Source of the DNA: Bradymonadia bacterium | GTDB taxonomy: Bacteria; Myxococcota_A; Bradymonadia; UBA7976; UBA1532 | Length of the DNA stretch: 64,000 bases | Reading direction: 5' to 3' | Assembly (NCBI GenBank): GCA_046290225.1 | Contig: JBKAGE010000034.1 | Span: 480,001 to 544,000 of the forward strand | Shown: positions 1 to 11,893 of the stretch, piece after piece | How the letters are laid out: each line of letters opens with the position of its first letter | Numbering within the stretch: the stretch's first letter is position 1 | Made by a program: the position numbers and the translations under genes | The notes under the pieces: generated by a model | Told to the model about the DNA's origin: nothing | The model's database searches: none | The model's input: only the letters and a program-made list of their open reading frames with translations

Positions 1-1
1 T

Positions 2-1042
2 GGAGCTCGGCGAGAAAGCCGCCAGCTGCCCCAGAGCCTCGGCGGCCTTCGTCCATTGATGTTGCGCCTCGTACATGTTCGCCAGGCGAAACCAGGCTGG
101 CAGGCTCGTCGGATCGGCTTCGACCACCTGCTCCAGAATCGCGACGATGCGCTCGGGGCCCGCGTTGCCCGCCAGGGCCCGCTCCGCAACGCGCAAAAGC
201 GCCTTGCCTCGATCATCGCCAAAGGTGCCCGCGCGGCGCACCCCTGCGGCGATGGCCTCTTCGGGCCTGTCGCTCGACCAGCAACATGCGGCCTTCAACG
301 CCAGGGCCTCGCGGTGATCAGGATCAGCCTCAAGACACAGCTCGAGAAACGCCAGAGCCATGGGATCACGTGGATCGTCCTCGAGCCTCAGCTGGGCAAT
401 GGCGAGTCGGCGGCTCTCCGCCTCCTCATGATCTTCCAGGTGAGGAATCGATGCTTCGAGGGCCTGAAGCACAGGCTTGCGCTCGCTCACGTCCGCGGCC
501 ACGGCAGCGAGGGCCCGTGCAGCAGGATGATGTTGGGGATCGAGGCTCAGGGCCTTGAGGTAACAGGGCACGGCGTGAGTGAGATCGTCGAGATGCCAGC
601 GGTACACATCCCCCTTGAGCATCAACAGCCGCACGCGGCTCCAGAGCGTCTGTGGTGTGCGCAGCTCCGAGTCGAGGATGGTGAGCGCCATGGGCCACTG
701 CTGCTTCTCTGCAAAAAGCGCATAGCTGATCCGGAGCGGCGGGCTGTGCTCCGGTGCCGCAGTGTGGGCTTTCTGAAATGCCGCCAGAGCGCGCCGCGGA
801 TCATGCTGGCCGTCGAGGTGCAGCAGCCCGATTTGCATCCAGACATCTGCCTGGATCACCGCCCCAGAGGTGCGCTGAGCGATCTCGGTGAGACGTTCGA
901 TCTCCCCCTGGACCACCTCAGGCGCCTGAGGGGCGTCGAAGGCTGCCGCGGTAGAAGGTGCAGAAATCTGAAGGTCTTCGTCTGCTCTGCTCACTGGGCC
1001 GCGCTCTCCGCCGACGTCGGCCAGTGGCCGTGCACGTCTCAT
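2..1042 (-). CDS. TPR-repeat protein (N-terminal part; runs off the window start)
   Basis: Translated by hand on the minus strand from ATG 1042 (alternative GTG 994). The frame stays open to the edge, with TPR-like helices (..AVPCYLKALSLDPQH.., ..FLELCLEADPDH.., ..LEQVVEADPTSLPAWFRLA..). It is missing from the ORF track because it has no stop in the window. Confidence 0.7.
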   Translation of the reverse strand, partial: MRRARPLADVGGERGPVSRADEDLQISAPSTAAAFDAPQAPEVVQGEIERLTEIAQRTSGAVIQADVWMQIGLLHLDGQHDPRRALAAFQKAHTAAPEHSPPLRISYALFAEKQQWPMALTILDSELRTPQTLWSRVRLLMLKGDVYRWHLDDLTHAVPCYLKALSLDPQHHPAARALAAVAADVSERKPVLQALEASIPHLEDHEEAESRRLAIAQLRLEDDPRDPMALAFLELCLEADPDHREALALKAACCWSSDRPEEAIAAGVRRAGTFGDDRGKALLRVAERALAGNAGPERIVAILEQVVEADPTSLPAWFRLANMYEAQHQWTKAAEALGQLAAFSPSS

Positions 1043-1118
1043 GCTCTAGATGATGTGCATCATGAGCCACCGACACAGCCAAAGGAAAGAGGAACCCCCT
1101 CAGCATCTCACATCGAGA

Positions 1119-2117
1119 TCAGTGGATCGTGGGCGGACGCCCCTCGTACGGATCTCGAAGATCGGGGGGGCGCTGGAGCCCATGGGCGATCTCGATGTCT
1201 TCGGCCATGTCGACGGCATCTTCCCCACGCAGCTCTTCGAGACGCACCTTCTGGGCACGGCGCCGTCGTCGCCACGCCCACACGAACAAGAAGGTCGCCC
1301 CACCCCAGAGCAAAGCGCTCCCGAAGATCAGGGGCAACCAGCCCCACCAGACTTCCACGGACTCTCGCCAGCGGCGCTCCACCTCTTTGAGGGAGAGCGG
1401 ATAGGTGGCCTCGAAGGCCTCGTGAAAGCCCACCTGCTCTGAGGACATGTGACCGATCAACGCTTTGAGCCGGTCCTCCCCATAGGTCTTGCGCAGGTGG
1501 CCGAGGAAGTGAATCGCCTGCGCATATGCAGTCTCGGCTCGGGCAGGCCCTTTGGGAAACCGCGCTTCGATCTCCTCGAGCTTGAGCAGCCCCCCGGCGA
1601 GGGCCGCCTCAGTGAGCTTGCGGGCCCGGTCCAGGCCCATGCCCTCGGAAAGATGAATCGCGATGCCCTCGTGGAACCAGAGGGGTGGGTTCACCTTGTC
1701 CAACATCTCACCGAGAGCCACATGGGCGATCTCGTGCTGAAACGTCTTGTCCACCTCACCTGCAGGCGTCGCACCGTGCAGATAGATCTGCTTGAGGCGT
1801 GGATAAGCGAGGCCAGCGGCCCACTCCGGCGGTGTTCGCCCGTGCCGTTCCCTGGCAGTGGCCAGCATCTCTGCTTCATCGGAGAGCAGGGTCACCCTGA
1901 TGGGCTTCTCGATTTTGGGGACGCCGCCGAGAGCCTCGTAGATGCGGTCGGCGTGCTCAGGCGCTGCGTCTTTCAGCTGCGCCGCGAGGCCCCCCTGCCC
2001 TTCGGACCACTCGAAGACAAAGCCGCGCACCTCGGCGCGCTCCAGAGGCACCTCTCCGAGGGCGAGACTGGGGCAGATCAGAAGCGCGGCCCACACGATC
2101 CACCGCAGGGCCCTCAC
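1119..2117 (-). CDS. Peptidase MA-like (gluzincin) membrane-anchored metallopeptidase
   Basis: Signal peptide, HEIAH zinc motif followed by WFHEGIA, and a C-terminal TM helix. Overlaps the proC stop by 4 nt. Confidence 0.8.
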   Translation of the reverse strand: MRALRWIVWAALLICPSLALGEVPLERAEVRGFVFEWSEGQGGLAAQLKDAAPEHADRIYEALGGVPKIEKPIRVTLLSDEAEMLATARERHGRTPPEWAAGLAYPRLKQIYLHGATPAGEVDKTFQHEIAHVALGEMLDKVNPPLWFHEGIAIHLSEGMGLDRARKLTEAALAGGLLKLEEIEARFPKGPARAETAYAQAIHFLGHLRKTYGEDRLKALIGHMSSEQVGFHEAFEATYPLSLKEVERRWRESVEVWWGWLPLIFGSALLWGGATFLFVWAWRRRRRAQKVRLEELRGEDAVDMAEDIEIAHGLQRPPDLRDPYEGRPPTIH

Positions 2118-2953
2118 TGATCACCACCAGACAGCTCGATGGACCGCTCGCTCGCCGCTTGAATCGCCGAGATGAAGGCCCCTCGGGTGCCACGGGCTTC
2201 GAGGGCCACGATCCCAGCGGCGGTCGTGCCCCCTGGAGACGTCACCGCGTCTTTGAGCACCGCCGGGTGGGCATTGGGCCGCGACGCCAGGGCCCCAGCA
2301 CCGTACACGGTCATGGCAGCCAGTCGCCGAGCCTGATCCCGGGGCATGCCCATGGACACAGCGCCGTCAGCGAGGGCCTCCATCACCATGAACATGAAGG
2401 CCGGGCCGCTCCCGGAGAGGGCAGTGCCCGAGTGAAAGAGCGCCTCCTTCTGCAAACGCTCCACATGACCCACAGCAGAGAACAAGCGCTCCACCAGCGC
2501 TACGTCCTCGGGAGCATCCTCCGGCCCTGCGAGTACCAGAGTGACCCCTGCCCCCACCTGGCTGGGGGTGTTGGGCATCGTTCGAACGACCCGCGCAGGC
2601 CGGGCGCCAGCGAGGAGCGCCTCTTGAGAGGTGCCCGCCACGAGGGAGATCACCAGCTGGCTCTCACGCAGCGGGTGGGCGCTGAGCAATGGCACTGCTT
2701 GAGCGGGCTTCACTGCCAGCACCAGCACATCGGCAGCCTCCACCACCTGCTTGAGAGGGGCAGCCGTGATGCCGAGGCGCTCGGCGAGCCCCTCCGCAGT
2801 TCGGGGATCAGCCACCATGATGCGCTCGGGGCTCAGGATGCCCCGCTCGAGCCAGCGACTGAGGAGCGCCCCCCCCATTTGCCCGCACCCGATGAACCCC
2901 ACGGTGCCCAGCTCGATGCGCATCGGGGTGTTGTGCACGATGTCAGTGCTCAT
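2114..2953 (-). CDS. proC: Pyrroline-5-carboxylate reductase
   Basis: GFIGCGQMG Rossmann motif, LAVKP, RTMPNTP, SGSGPA and VTSPGGTT. Confidence 0.95.
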   Translation of the reverse strand: MSTDIVHNTPMRIELGTVGFIGCGQMGGALLSRWLERGILSPERIMVADPRTAEGLAERLGITAAPLKQVVEAADVLVLAVKPAQAVPLLSAHPLRESQLVISLVAGTSQEALLAGARPARVVRTMPNTPSQVGAGVTLVLAGPEDAPEDVALVERLFSAVGHVERLQKEALFHSGTALSGSGPAFMFMVMEALADGAVSMGMPRDQARRLAAMTVYGAGALASRPNAHPAVLKDAVTSPGGTTAAGIVALEARGTRGAFISAIQAASERSIELSGGDQ

Positions 2954-3025
2954 CTCAGCTCCATCTCGATGTGTCAGATGAGACGAACCATGGGGCCATG
3001 AGGGTTCAGCGCAAGGGGGGATCCG

Positions 3026-4345
3026 TCATCCCGCTCGCTGACCAAAGAGCAGAGATCCCACCCGAACGAAGGTGGCGCCTTCGGCGATGGCCACGTCGAA
3101 GTCACCGGACATGCCCATGGAAAGATGGGTCAGATCCGGCCACCGCTGCTGGTGCTCCGTCCGCAGCGCTCGAAGCCGCCGGAAGGCACGGCGAGTGGCG
3201 GCGAGATCGCCCGGCGCAGGCATGGTCATCAGGCCCACAGCGGCGACCCCCGTACACCCCTCGATCTCGCTCAGGAGCGCCGGCAGCGCAGCCTCGGTCA
3301 CACCACCCTTCGACGCCTCGCCGGAGAGGTTCACCTGCACCATGACCGGGAGCACTCTTCCGGCAGACTGAGCCGACTTGCCCAGGGCCTCTGCCACTCG
3401 AAGGTCATCTATGGCGTGCACATAACCTACGTGTGCCCCCAGGTATTTGGCTTTGTTCCGCTGCAGCCGCCCGATGAAGTGCCAGGTCGGCCCGTCTCCC
3501 AGGCGCTCAACGCGCTCTCGCCACGCCTGCACGTAGTTTTCGCCCAGGTGGTCTATGCCCAGACTCAGCGCGGCCTTCACCTTCGCCTCGGGCTGGCGTT
3601 TCGACACGGCCACCACCGTCACATCCTCAGGATCCCGACCCACGCCTTCTGCGGCGGCCCGTACACGGCCCTGGATCACCGCCCACTGGCGCCCGATGTC
3701 TCCCCCGGCAAAGCGCACCGCCCCCACCGCCTCGAGATCAGCGAGCACTTCTGCCAGAGGCAGCCCCACGATGGCGGCGTAGCTCCCATCGATGGTCTGC
3801 ACGAAGTCCCCAGCCTTGCCCTGAATGCCGTATGCGCCGGCTTTGTCCATGGGCTCACCCGTGGCCACGTAGGTCTCGATTTGAGCAGCCTCCAGTGTCT
3901 TGAAGGTGACCGCGGTCTTCACGTGACCTGCTCGAGCCACCTCACCCTCCGGCCCGACGATCCCCCAGGCTGTGACCACGTGATGCGTACGGCCGGAGAG
4001 GGCCTGCAGAGTCTTCGTGGCCTCTTCAACACTCTCGGGCTTGTGGAGCAGCCCACCATCGAGCACCACGATGGTGTCGCTCCCAAGGGACCAGGACGGG
4101 CCGCCTTCTCCTCGACGGCGCCACCCCGCTCGAGCCTTGGCCACGGCGAGGCGGCGCACATAGTCCAATGGCGCCTCCCCCTCGTGTTGAGACTCGTCCA
4201 AGTCCACTGGCTGAATCACCAGTGGCACCCCGGCCCCGGCCAACATCGCCCGCCGTCGGGGCGAGGCAGAAGCCAGAAGGATTTTCCCCGCGACTCCAGC
4301 AAGTTCCACAGGCTGTGCAGGATCCTGTTCAGGTGTTTTTTCCAT
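3026..4345 (-). CDS. Fusion of Maf (YhdE-type nucleoside triphosphate pyrophosphatase) and YggS/PLPBP (PLP homeostasis protein)
   Basis: N-half has [16 protein letters not shown] and [11 protein letters not shown]-half has AVSK (PLP Lys), [22 protein letters not shown] and [17 protein letters not shown]. One continuous frame. Start uncertain (ATG 4345 or a downstream GTG). Confidence 0.85.
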   Translation of the reverse strand: MEKTPEQDPAQPVELAGVAGKILLASASPRRRAMLAGAGVPLVIQPVDLDESQHEGEAPLDYVRRLAVAKARAGWRRRGEGGPSWSLGSDTIVVLDGGLLHKPESVEEATKTLQALSGRTHHVVTAWGIVGPEGEVARAGHVKTAVTFKTLEAAQIETYVATGEPMDKAGAYGIQGKAGDFVQTIDGSYAAIVGLPLAEVLADLEAVGAVRFAGGDIGRQWAVIQGRVRAAAEGVGRDPEDVTVVAVSKRQPEAKVKAALSLGIDHLGENYVQAWRERVERLGDGPTWHFIGRLQRNKAKYLGAHVGYVHAIDDLRVAEALGKSAQSAGRVLPVMVQVNLSGEASKGGVTEAALPALLSEIEGCTGVAAVGLMTMPAPGDLAATRRAFRRLRALRTEHQQRWPDLTHLSMGMSGDFDVAIAEGATFVRVGSLLFGQRAG

Positions 4346-4402
4346 ATTTATTGACAACCTGTTCAGCCGTTCAGTACGGTTCGGCAGTGAAATTTCGTTC
4401 AG
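4327..4402. promoter_or_regulatory. lexA promoter (TTGACA-18-TACGGT) overlapped by repeated GTTCAG motifs; putative LexA boxes
   Basis: TTGACA at 4351 and GTTC(A/G)G at 4327, 4361, 4369, 4379 and 4397. Resembles the Myxococcus LexA box CTRHAMRYBYGTTCAGS. Confidence 0.6.
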
Positions 4403-4415
4403 TAGGAGGGAGATC

Positions 4416-5027
4416 ATGAAGGGGTTGACCCGTCGCCAACAACAAATCCTCGATTACATCTCCAACTCCATTCAGGAGCGGGGGTATCCCCCGACAATTC
4501 GGGAGATTGGTCGCGAGATGGGCATTCGCTCCACCAACGGAGTGAACGACCACCTCAAAGCCCTTGAGCGCAAGGGTTATTTGAGGCGAGACGACCTCAA
4601 GAGCCGGGCCATGCGACCGGTGAACATGGACACCGAGATGGTGGACGTGCCCCTGCTCGGCGATGTCGCTGCGGGCCAGCCCATCCTCGCCATCGAGCAA
4701 TCAGAAGACACGGTCAAGGTCGACCGCTTCTTCCTCAAGGGCAACCGTGACGTCTTCGCCTTGCGCATCAAGGGCGAGTCCATGATCGAAGACGGCATCC
4801 TCGATGGCGACTTTGTCTTCGTCAAAAAGACCCCCGAGGCCCGCACCGGAGATGTGGTCATCGCCCTCATCGAAGGCGAGGCCACCTGCAAACGCTACTT
4901 CCCCGAGGGGGATCAGATCAGGTTCCAGCCGGCGAACGCCGCCATGGATCCAATCTACGTCCACAAAGAAGAGTTCCGCGAGACCATGATCCTCGGCAGC
5001 GTCGTGGGCATCTACCGCCGGTACTGA
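4416..5027 (+). CDS. lexA: SOS repressor LexA
   Basis: [19 protein letters not shown] wHTH, Ala-Gly cleavage site (VAAG), catalytic Ser (GESM) and Lys (TCKR). AGGAGG RBS. Confidence 0.97.
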   Translation: MKGLTRRQQQILDYISNSIQERGYPPTIREIGREMGIRSTNGVNDHLKALERKGYLRRDDLKSRAMRPVNMDTEMVDVPLLGDVAAGQPILAIEQSEDTVKVDRFFLKGNRDVFALRIKGESMIEDGILDGDFVFVKKTPEARTGDVVIALIEGEATCKRYFPEGDQIRFQPANAAMDPIYVHKEEFRETMILGSVVGIYRRY

Positions 5028-5132
5028 CGCCTCTTCGAGACCAGCCCGCCTCAGGCCCACTCTGGCCCAACTCGCCACGCCTCAAATCTTCTGTAAAAGA
5101 CTCCCCGCATAAAAAAAGTCACTCGGCGACGC

Positions 5133-5160
5133 TTGACACCCAAAATGCAGTGTTTAGCGT
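5133..5160 (+). promoter_or_regulatory. Putative sigma70-type promoter of groESL
   Basis: TTGACA-16 nt-TAGCGT with an A-tract upstream. Confidence 0.45.
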
Positions 5161-5230
5161 CCCGCTGCCCTGGAATGCCGGGGACCCAAACCAATTTCAA
5201 GCACACCATCGCTCGAGAGGGACGTATCCC

Positions 5231-7154
<1,924 letters not shown>

Positions 7155-7204
7155 TCGAAGGGCCCACGCCCTGACCCACAGCTGAACGTTCAGATGTGGG
7201 TCGT

Positions 7205-7238
7205 GAAAAGCCTGGAGGGTTCGCCCTTCAGGCTTTTC
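7205..7238. terminator. Intrinsic terminator after groEL (probably bidirectional)
   Basis: GAAAAGCCTGGAGGG-TTCG-CCCTTCAGGCTTTTC hairpin with a T-rich tail, between convergent genes. Confidence 0.85.
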
Positions 7239-7283
7239 TGCTTTCTGCTCCGCGAAGAGAAGGCCCGGAAACTCAGACTGGTC

Positions 7284-8795
7284 CTAGTCAGCCCAGGGAT
7301 CGATTGCCGCAGGGGCTGACGCCCGAGGCGGCGCCGACTTGGTGTGACGCATCAAAGCTGCGACGATCTCCGCAGGCAGCCCAGGCACTTCAGGGATCGG
7401 GGTCGGCACCCGAGGCGTTGGTGTAGCCGCAGGCGGCGTAAACGGCTGAGCCTCTGGTTGTGCCCCCCCTACAGCAGCATCTGCCATCACCGAGGGCCCT
7501 GGAGGCGCTGCTCTGGGTGGCTCTGGTGGGGCGACAACAGGCTCAGGTACGGGAAGAGTCTCGGCGTGAGGCATCTGCGATGCAGACTCTGCCTGCACTG
7601 GTTGCACCGTCTGCTCTGGCTCTTGGGGCTCAGATGAGGCCGAGACAGCAGCAGGCCTAAATGGCTGCACCTGCGCCTCGGGCATCTCAGCAACTGGCTC
7701 TGGCTCTGGCACATCGTCGACACTGTCTTCGACCGATGCAGGCGCCTCGGGCTCAGGGTGCGTCACAGAGGCCGCCACCTGGGGCACGATCTGCGCCTCT
7801 GGAGGACGAGTCGGCTCTTGTGGGAGACGGTTGAGGGCCTCACCGAGAGAGATGGGACTCGCCCCTGCGAGCAATGTGTCCACGAGATGACCGATGGCCG
7901 TACAGAACGGCCCGTCTGCTTGACGATCTCGCACCGGGATCATCGCCCTCACCGCTGCGTGCACGGCAGGATCAGGCGGGATCGCCGCGAGCAGATCAGG
8001 CTCGATGTCGAGGTATCGCCGAGACACCAGCGACAGGGCCTTGACCACACGGCGTACAGCGTTCGATCGCGCCTGGTTCACCACGAGGCGAATGTGAGCG
8101 TCCCGCAACACCGCCCGTGCTTCCTCGGCGGCATGGGCATCGAGCTCTTCCAGGGCCGCGATCACTGACTCCATCGAGGACAGACGATCCGGGCCGCGGG
8201 GCAGCAACGCCCGATCGATGACGGAGCCGGCTTCCTGTCCACCACCGAGGGCGAGATAAAGGCGGCGGAACATGACCGACTTCAAGAAGGCGTAGGCGTT
8301 CTGGATTGCCGTAGGCTCAGGACCCGTGACCACCAGGCCTTCGCCAGCGACGTTGAAGAAGTCCAGCGTACTCAGGTGCGTACCTGCACCGAGATCGATG
8401 AGCAGCACGTCCTCGTCGAGCTCGAAGAAGGCCGACATCAGCTTGAAGCGGGCCTCGGTGTTCAGATGCGCGCTCTTGAGCACGCCTCCGGCGCCGCTGA
8501 TGATGCGCAGGCCTTCTACGGGGGTGGACAGCCGCACCTCACCAAGCGTGGCGCAGCGGCCGGAGACAAAGTCGTCGAGGGTCCGCTCGGCGAAGCGCAG
8601 CCCCAGCAGCGTGTGCAGGTTGGCGCCGCCCAAATCAGCGTCGAGCACCGTGACCCGCTGACCTCGAGCGGCGAGCTCCACCGCCACCGAGGAGCAGACC
8701 ACGGACTTCCCCACCCCGCCTTTTCCGCCGCCAAAGGCCCAGACTTGCTTGGTCGGCATCATGGGGCCCTGCATATGGTCAGTGGTAGACATCAC
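7284..8795 (-). CDS. FlhG/MinD-like P-loop ATPase with long Pro/Ala/Glu-rich C-terminal tail
   Basis: GGKGGVGKS deviant Walker A, LDADLGGANL, IDLGAG and VTGPEPTAIQNAY. Exact start uncertain. Confidence 0.8.
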   Translation of the reverse strand: MMSTTDHMQGPMMPTKQVWAFGGGKGGVGKSVVCSSVAVELAARGQRVTVLDADLGGANLHTLLGLRFAERTLDDFVSGRCATLGEVRLSTPVEGLRIISGAGGVLKSAHLNTEARFKLMSAFFELDEDVLLIDLGAGTHLSTLDFFNVAGEGLVVTGPEPTAIQNAYAFLKSVMFRRLYLALGGGQEAGSVIDRALLPRGPDRLSSMESVIAALEELDAHAAEEARAVLRDAHIRLVVNQARSNAVRRVVKALSLVSRRYLDIEPDLLAAIPPDPAVHAAVRAMIPVRDRQADGPFCTAIGHLVDTLLAGASPISLGEALNRLPQEPTRPPEAQIVPQVAASVTHPEPEAPASVEDSVDDVPEPEPVAEMPEAQVQPFRPAAVSASSEPQEPEQTVQPVQAESASQMPHAETLPVPEPVVAPPEPPRAAPPGPSVMADAAVGGAQPEAQPFTPPAATPTPRVPTPIPEVPGLPAEIVAALMRHTKSAPPRASAPAAIDPWAD

Positions 8796-8831
8796 CCCCG
8801 TTATCGGCGCGCAGCCTTCAGACCGTGAGGC

Positions 8832-10226
8832 TCAATTGGGGGGCGGGGTCCCTGCGTCGGCAGAGCTGGGGGTGCCAGCATCAGTGGCAGGCGGCGCAGC
8901 TCCAGCGTCAGCAGCCTGCTGAGCGGCGAGGCGGCGCATCTGCATCAGCTGCATCTGACTGGTGAGGCGGCCATCTTTTTTCTTCTCCAACAAGGCCTCA
9001 TACATCTTCTTCATGAAGACGTGGGTCTTGTACGCCACCCCCTCCTGGTGGTTCACCAACCAGGGGATCAAAGCGGGATCATCCGTGGTGGACATCGCCC
9101 GTGCGAGGGTGAGCTGATAGTTGAAGCCCCGCACCATGACTGGAGCCTGCCCACCCTGCTGCACCGGGATTTTGATCTTGGGGCACATGGTCTCGGGGCC
9201 CTCGGTGCTCTCCCCTTGCCCCACGGCCTCGAAGGCCTTCATGAGCGGTGCGGCGGCGGAATACACCGTCATCTTCTCGAGGGCTTCCGCTGCGGCACAG
9301 CGTACAGCGAGGCTGGGATGCTCCAGAGCCTGGGCCATGAAGTCCACCAGCTTGCCTTCTTTGAGCTCACCGAGAGCCCAGACCACGGCGAGGCGCACAT
9401 CATCGTCGGCAGCATCTTCGTAGATCTGCCGGAGCCGCTCGATGGCCGGCAGCCGCTTGGCCCCGATCATCAACGCCAGGGCCTGAGGCTCTGCCCGCAC
9501 CACCTCGTCGTGGATCAGGCCCATGGCCGCATCGCGGCCAGCCTCCGGGCCCAGACGGCCGAGGGAGATGAGGGCGAAATATGTGAGAGGACGCCGAGTC
9601 TTTGCCATCTGGGCGAGGGCTTCGGCGGTCTGGGGAATCCGCAGCTCCCCAGCGACGAAGGCCGCCCGCGCTGCCACCCCTTCGTCGGGATCAGCGAGGG
9701 CTTTCACCACCACCTCGGCCACAGCGGGGGTCACGGAGATGTCGAGGTGCTCCGTGAGATTCACGAGACCTTTGCGACGATCAGCGGGATCGTCACTGCG
9801 CATCATGATGACGGCATAGCCCGGGCGCTGAAACTGGGTGAGAAAATTACCCGAGAGCCGATTGGACAGCATCACCAGAGCGCCAGCGCAGGCGAGGAAG
9901 ATCAGCCAGAACCGCCCGCTCACGTCGGGCAACGGGAGTTGCTCCTCGTCCTGGTCGGTGGGATCGAGGCCTTCCTCGCCCAACCGGGCGCCGAAGCCTC
10001 GATAAAACAGGATGTCACCGAGGCCGGTGACCGTTGCCAACGCCGTGAGCACGCCGGTCATCATCCAGATGACCACGAGGCCCAACGCCACCCCAGCGCT
10101 GTCACAATCCGCCAGGATGTATCCGTGGATCAGCCGTGCGAGGACGAAAAATGCAGCGTTGGCGACGAGAACGGTGAGGAGAGCACGAACAGGGTGACCG
10201 AAGAGGGCGCGGAGAAGAGCAGACAC
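8832..10226 (-). CDS. Membrane-anchored HEAT-repeat protein
   Basis: Three N-terminal TM segments, then HEAT-like repeats (ALADPDEGVAARAA, DVRLAVVWALGEL, AVRCAAAEALEK). Confidence 0.75.
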   Translation of the reverse strand: MSALLRALFGHPVRALLTVLVANAAFFVLARLIHGYILADCDSAGVALGLVVIWMMTGVLTALATVTGLGDILFYRGFGARLGEEGLDPTDQDEEQLPLPDVSGRFWLIFLACAGALVMLSNRLSGNFLTQFQRPGYAVIMMRSDDPADRRKGLVNLTEHLDISVTPAVAEVVVKALADPDEGVAARAAFVAGELRIPQTAEALAQMAKTRRPLTYFALISLGRLGPEAGRDAAMGLIHDEVVRAEPQALALMIGAKRLPAIERLRQIYEDAADDDVRLAVVWALGELKEGKLVDFMAQALEHPSLAVRCAAAEALEKMTVYSAAAPLMKAFEAVGQGESTEGPETMCPKIKIPVQQGGQAPVMVRGFNYQLTLARAMSTTDDPALIPWLVNHQEGVAYKTHVFMKKMYEALLEKKKDGRLTSQMQLMQMRRLAAQQAADAGAAPPATDAGTPSSADAGTPPPN

Positions 10227-10241
10227 GGGCCTCCTGAGAAG

Positions 10242-11003
10242 CTAGTCGGAGATGTCTGGCACCTGGGGGAAGTAGAAACCCACACCCAGGGTCAGGGTGA
10301 AGTTGTTGCTTAACTCCTCCTCTGCCTGAGCCGCGGTGGGGCTGCCGTCGGGGTTGGTCCGCCTCACCGCGTTCGGTGCAGAAGAGTAGATGTAGTCTCT
10401 GAACTGCACATTGATGGACCACCAATCATCGACAAAAGTTCTCATGCCGATGCCAACCACGGCCCCAGGCTTGAGCCCTTCGACATCGGAGGCTTCTTCG
10501 AGACTCACCGAAGCACCAGAAACACCCACGATGAGGTGCAGGTCGTAATCGAAGACGTAACGGCCGGCGACGGCATATTTGCCGTACAGCGGGGTGTAGA
10601 TGGCCTCGAAGCTCGCGAGCAACGTGTTGTCGGCGAAGGCCGACTCTTCTACCTGGCGCTGGCTGGTGATCTCGTCACCGAGGCCCGTCGTACCAGAGAA
10701 GCCGGAGAGCGCCGTCACCCCGAGGGCCCAGCGATCGGTCATGTGGTAAGCGAGACGGGCGCCGACGTAGTAGTTCCGTTTGAAGGGGTTGCTCAGCGAG
10801 AAACCGAAGATGGGGGTGGCCTCGAAACGGCCATCGCGGAGCAGACGCCGGCGACGGACGGCCTTGCCCTCTTCGAGCTTTTCAAGAGCGCCCTTTCGAG
10901 CGGCGGAGGCCTCGTTCAAAGGCAACCCCGTAATCACCAGCATTGCGCTGGCAGCGAGGGCACCAGCGAGGGCGTTTACAGGCCTGAGGATTCGAAGGTT
11001 CAT
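10242..11003 (-). CDS. Myxobacterial-type outer-membrane beta-barrel protein (GltA/GltB/GltH-like family)
   Basis: Signal peptide, RFEATPIFGFSLSNPF, YTPLYGKYA and terminal LGVGFYFP. Start ATG 11003 or GTG 11009. Confidence 0.7.
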   Translation of the reverse strand: MNLRILRPVNALAGALAASAMLVITGLPLNEASAARKGALEKLEEGKAVRRRRLLRDGRFEATPIFGFSLSNPFKRNYYVGARLAYHMTDRWALGVTALSGFSGTTGLGDEITSQRQVEESAFADNTLLASFEAIYTPLYGKYAVAGRYVFDYDLHLIVGVSGASVSLEEASDVEGLKPGAVVGIGMRTFVDDWWSINVQFRDYIYSSAPNAVRRTNPDGSPTAAQAEEELSNNFTLTLGVGFYFPQVPDISD

Positions 11004-11016
11004 GCGCACAGCCTCA

Positions 11017-11856
11017 TCACCTCAGGGTGGTGTACTCGAAGTCGCCGGGCAGGAAGAAGCTGACGCCGGCGGTGAACAGCAGGTTGTTGTACAGCTCGCT
11101 GCTCGATGGGTAGTCCTCGTTGTAAGTGAGGTTGCGCAGCTCGATGTTCACCGTGAAGTAGCGGTTCATGAAGTACCGCTGCCCCACCCCGGCGGTGAGC
11201 ATGGGCTTGCCCCCGAGCTGAGTCTCCAGATACCCGAGGCCGAGGAGCACATAGGTGTCCCAGGGCACGATCCAGGTGTCGAAGAGGGTGAACTTTCCGT
11301 AGATGGGGGCGTACTGGAAGTGCAACCCGGCGAACCACACCAGCTCGGAGACCTCGGCGAACAGCTCGTAGTCTTCGATGACCTTGTCGAACAAGTCGGT
11401 CTCGGAGCCCAGGGAGTAGCCCCCGTTGAGGCCCAGCGAGAGGTCTTCGCTGATGTGATAGTTGAGGCTGGCGCCGGCGACGAAATGGCTCACCAGGGCG
11501 TCATTGACGTTGGTGCCCATGAAAGGGGCCATCTCGACCCGCTCTCGTCGCAGGAACGGGCGATGCTGAATCACCCGAACACGATCGTCTTGTTCAGCCT
11601 CGATGAGCTTCTGCTCTTCAGCAGCGGCGCCGGTGTCGATGACGTCGAAGGTCATCTCACCGCCATCGCTCCCTTGATCACCACCACCGGTGTCGCCTCC
11701 CTCGACCTCGTCGAGGGAAAACTCCATGCCGTCGCCGTCCTGGGCGGCGGCGTTCTGAGCGGTGAACGCGATCAGGAACACAGCGAGCGCCGCCTTGAGG
11801 GGCAGCGTGAGCAGCTTCGACTGCAGTGCACGTGGGCGTGATGTGCCTTGGGACAT
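11017..11856 (-). CDS. Second myxobacterial-type outer-membrane beta-barrel protein (paralog)
   Basis: Start reset to ATG 11856 (GGAGG RBS). VIQHRPFLRRERVE, YAPIYGKF and AGVSFFLP. Confidence 0.7.
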   Translation of the reverse strand: MSQGTSRPRALQSKLLTLPLKAALAVFLIAFTAQNAAAQDGDGMEFSLDEVEGGDTGGGDQGSDGGEMTFDVIDTGAAAEEQKLIEAEQDDRVRVIQHRPFLRRERVEMAPFMGTNVNDALVSHFVAGASLNYHISEDLSLGLNGGYSLGSETDLFDKVIEDYELFAEVSELVWFAGLHFQYAPIYGKFTLFDTWIVPWDTYVLLGLGYLETQLGGKPMLTAGVGQRYFMNRYFTVNIELRNLTYNEDYPSSSELYNNLLFTAGVSFFLPGDFEYTTLR

Positions 11857-11893
11857 GTCCTCCCCGGGGGTTACGGTACGGAGGTTTGTTTGG

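Noticed and set aside
56..1390. 444-aa plus-strand ORF
   Set aside because: Antisense shadow of the minus-strand TPR and peptidase genes, with no recognisable motifs.
5154..5181. CIRCE-like TTAGCGTCC..GAATGCCGG upstream of groES
   Set aside because: Many mismatches and wrong spacing compared with TTAGCACTC-N9-GAGTGCTAA.
7182..7193. Palindrome CTGAACGTTCAG resembling a LexA box
   Set aside because: Lacks the 4-nt spacer and lies between convergent gene ends.
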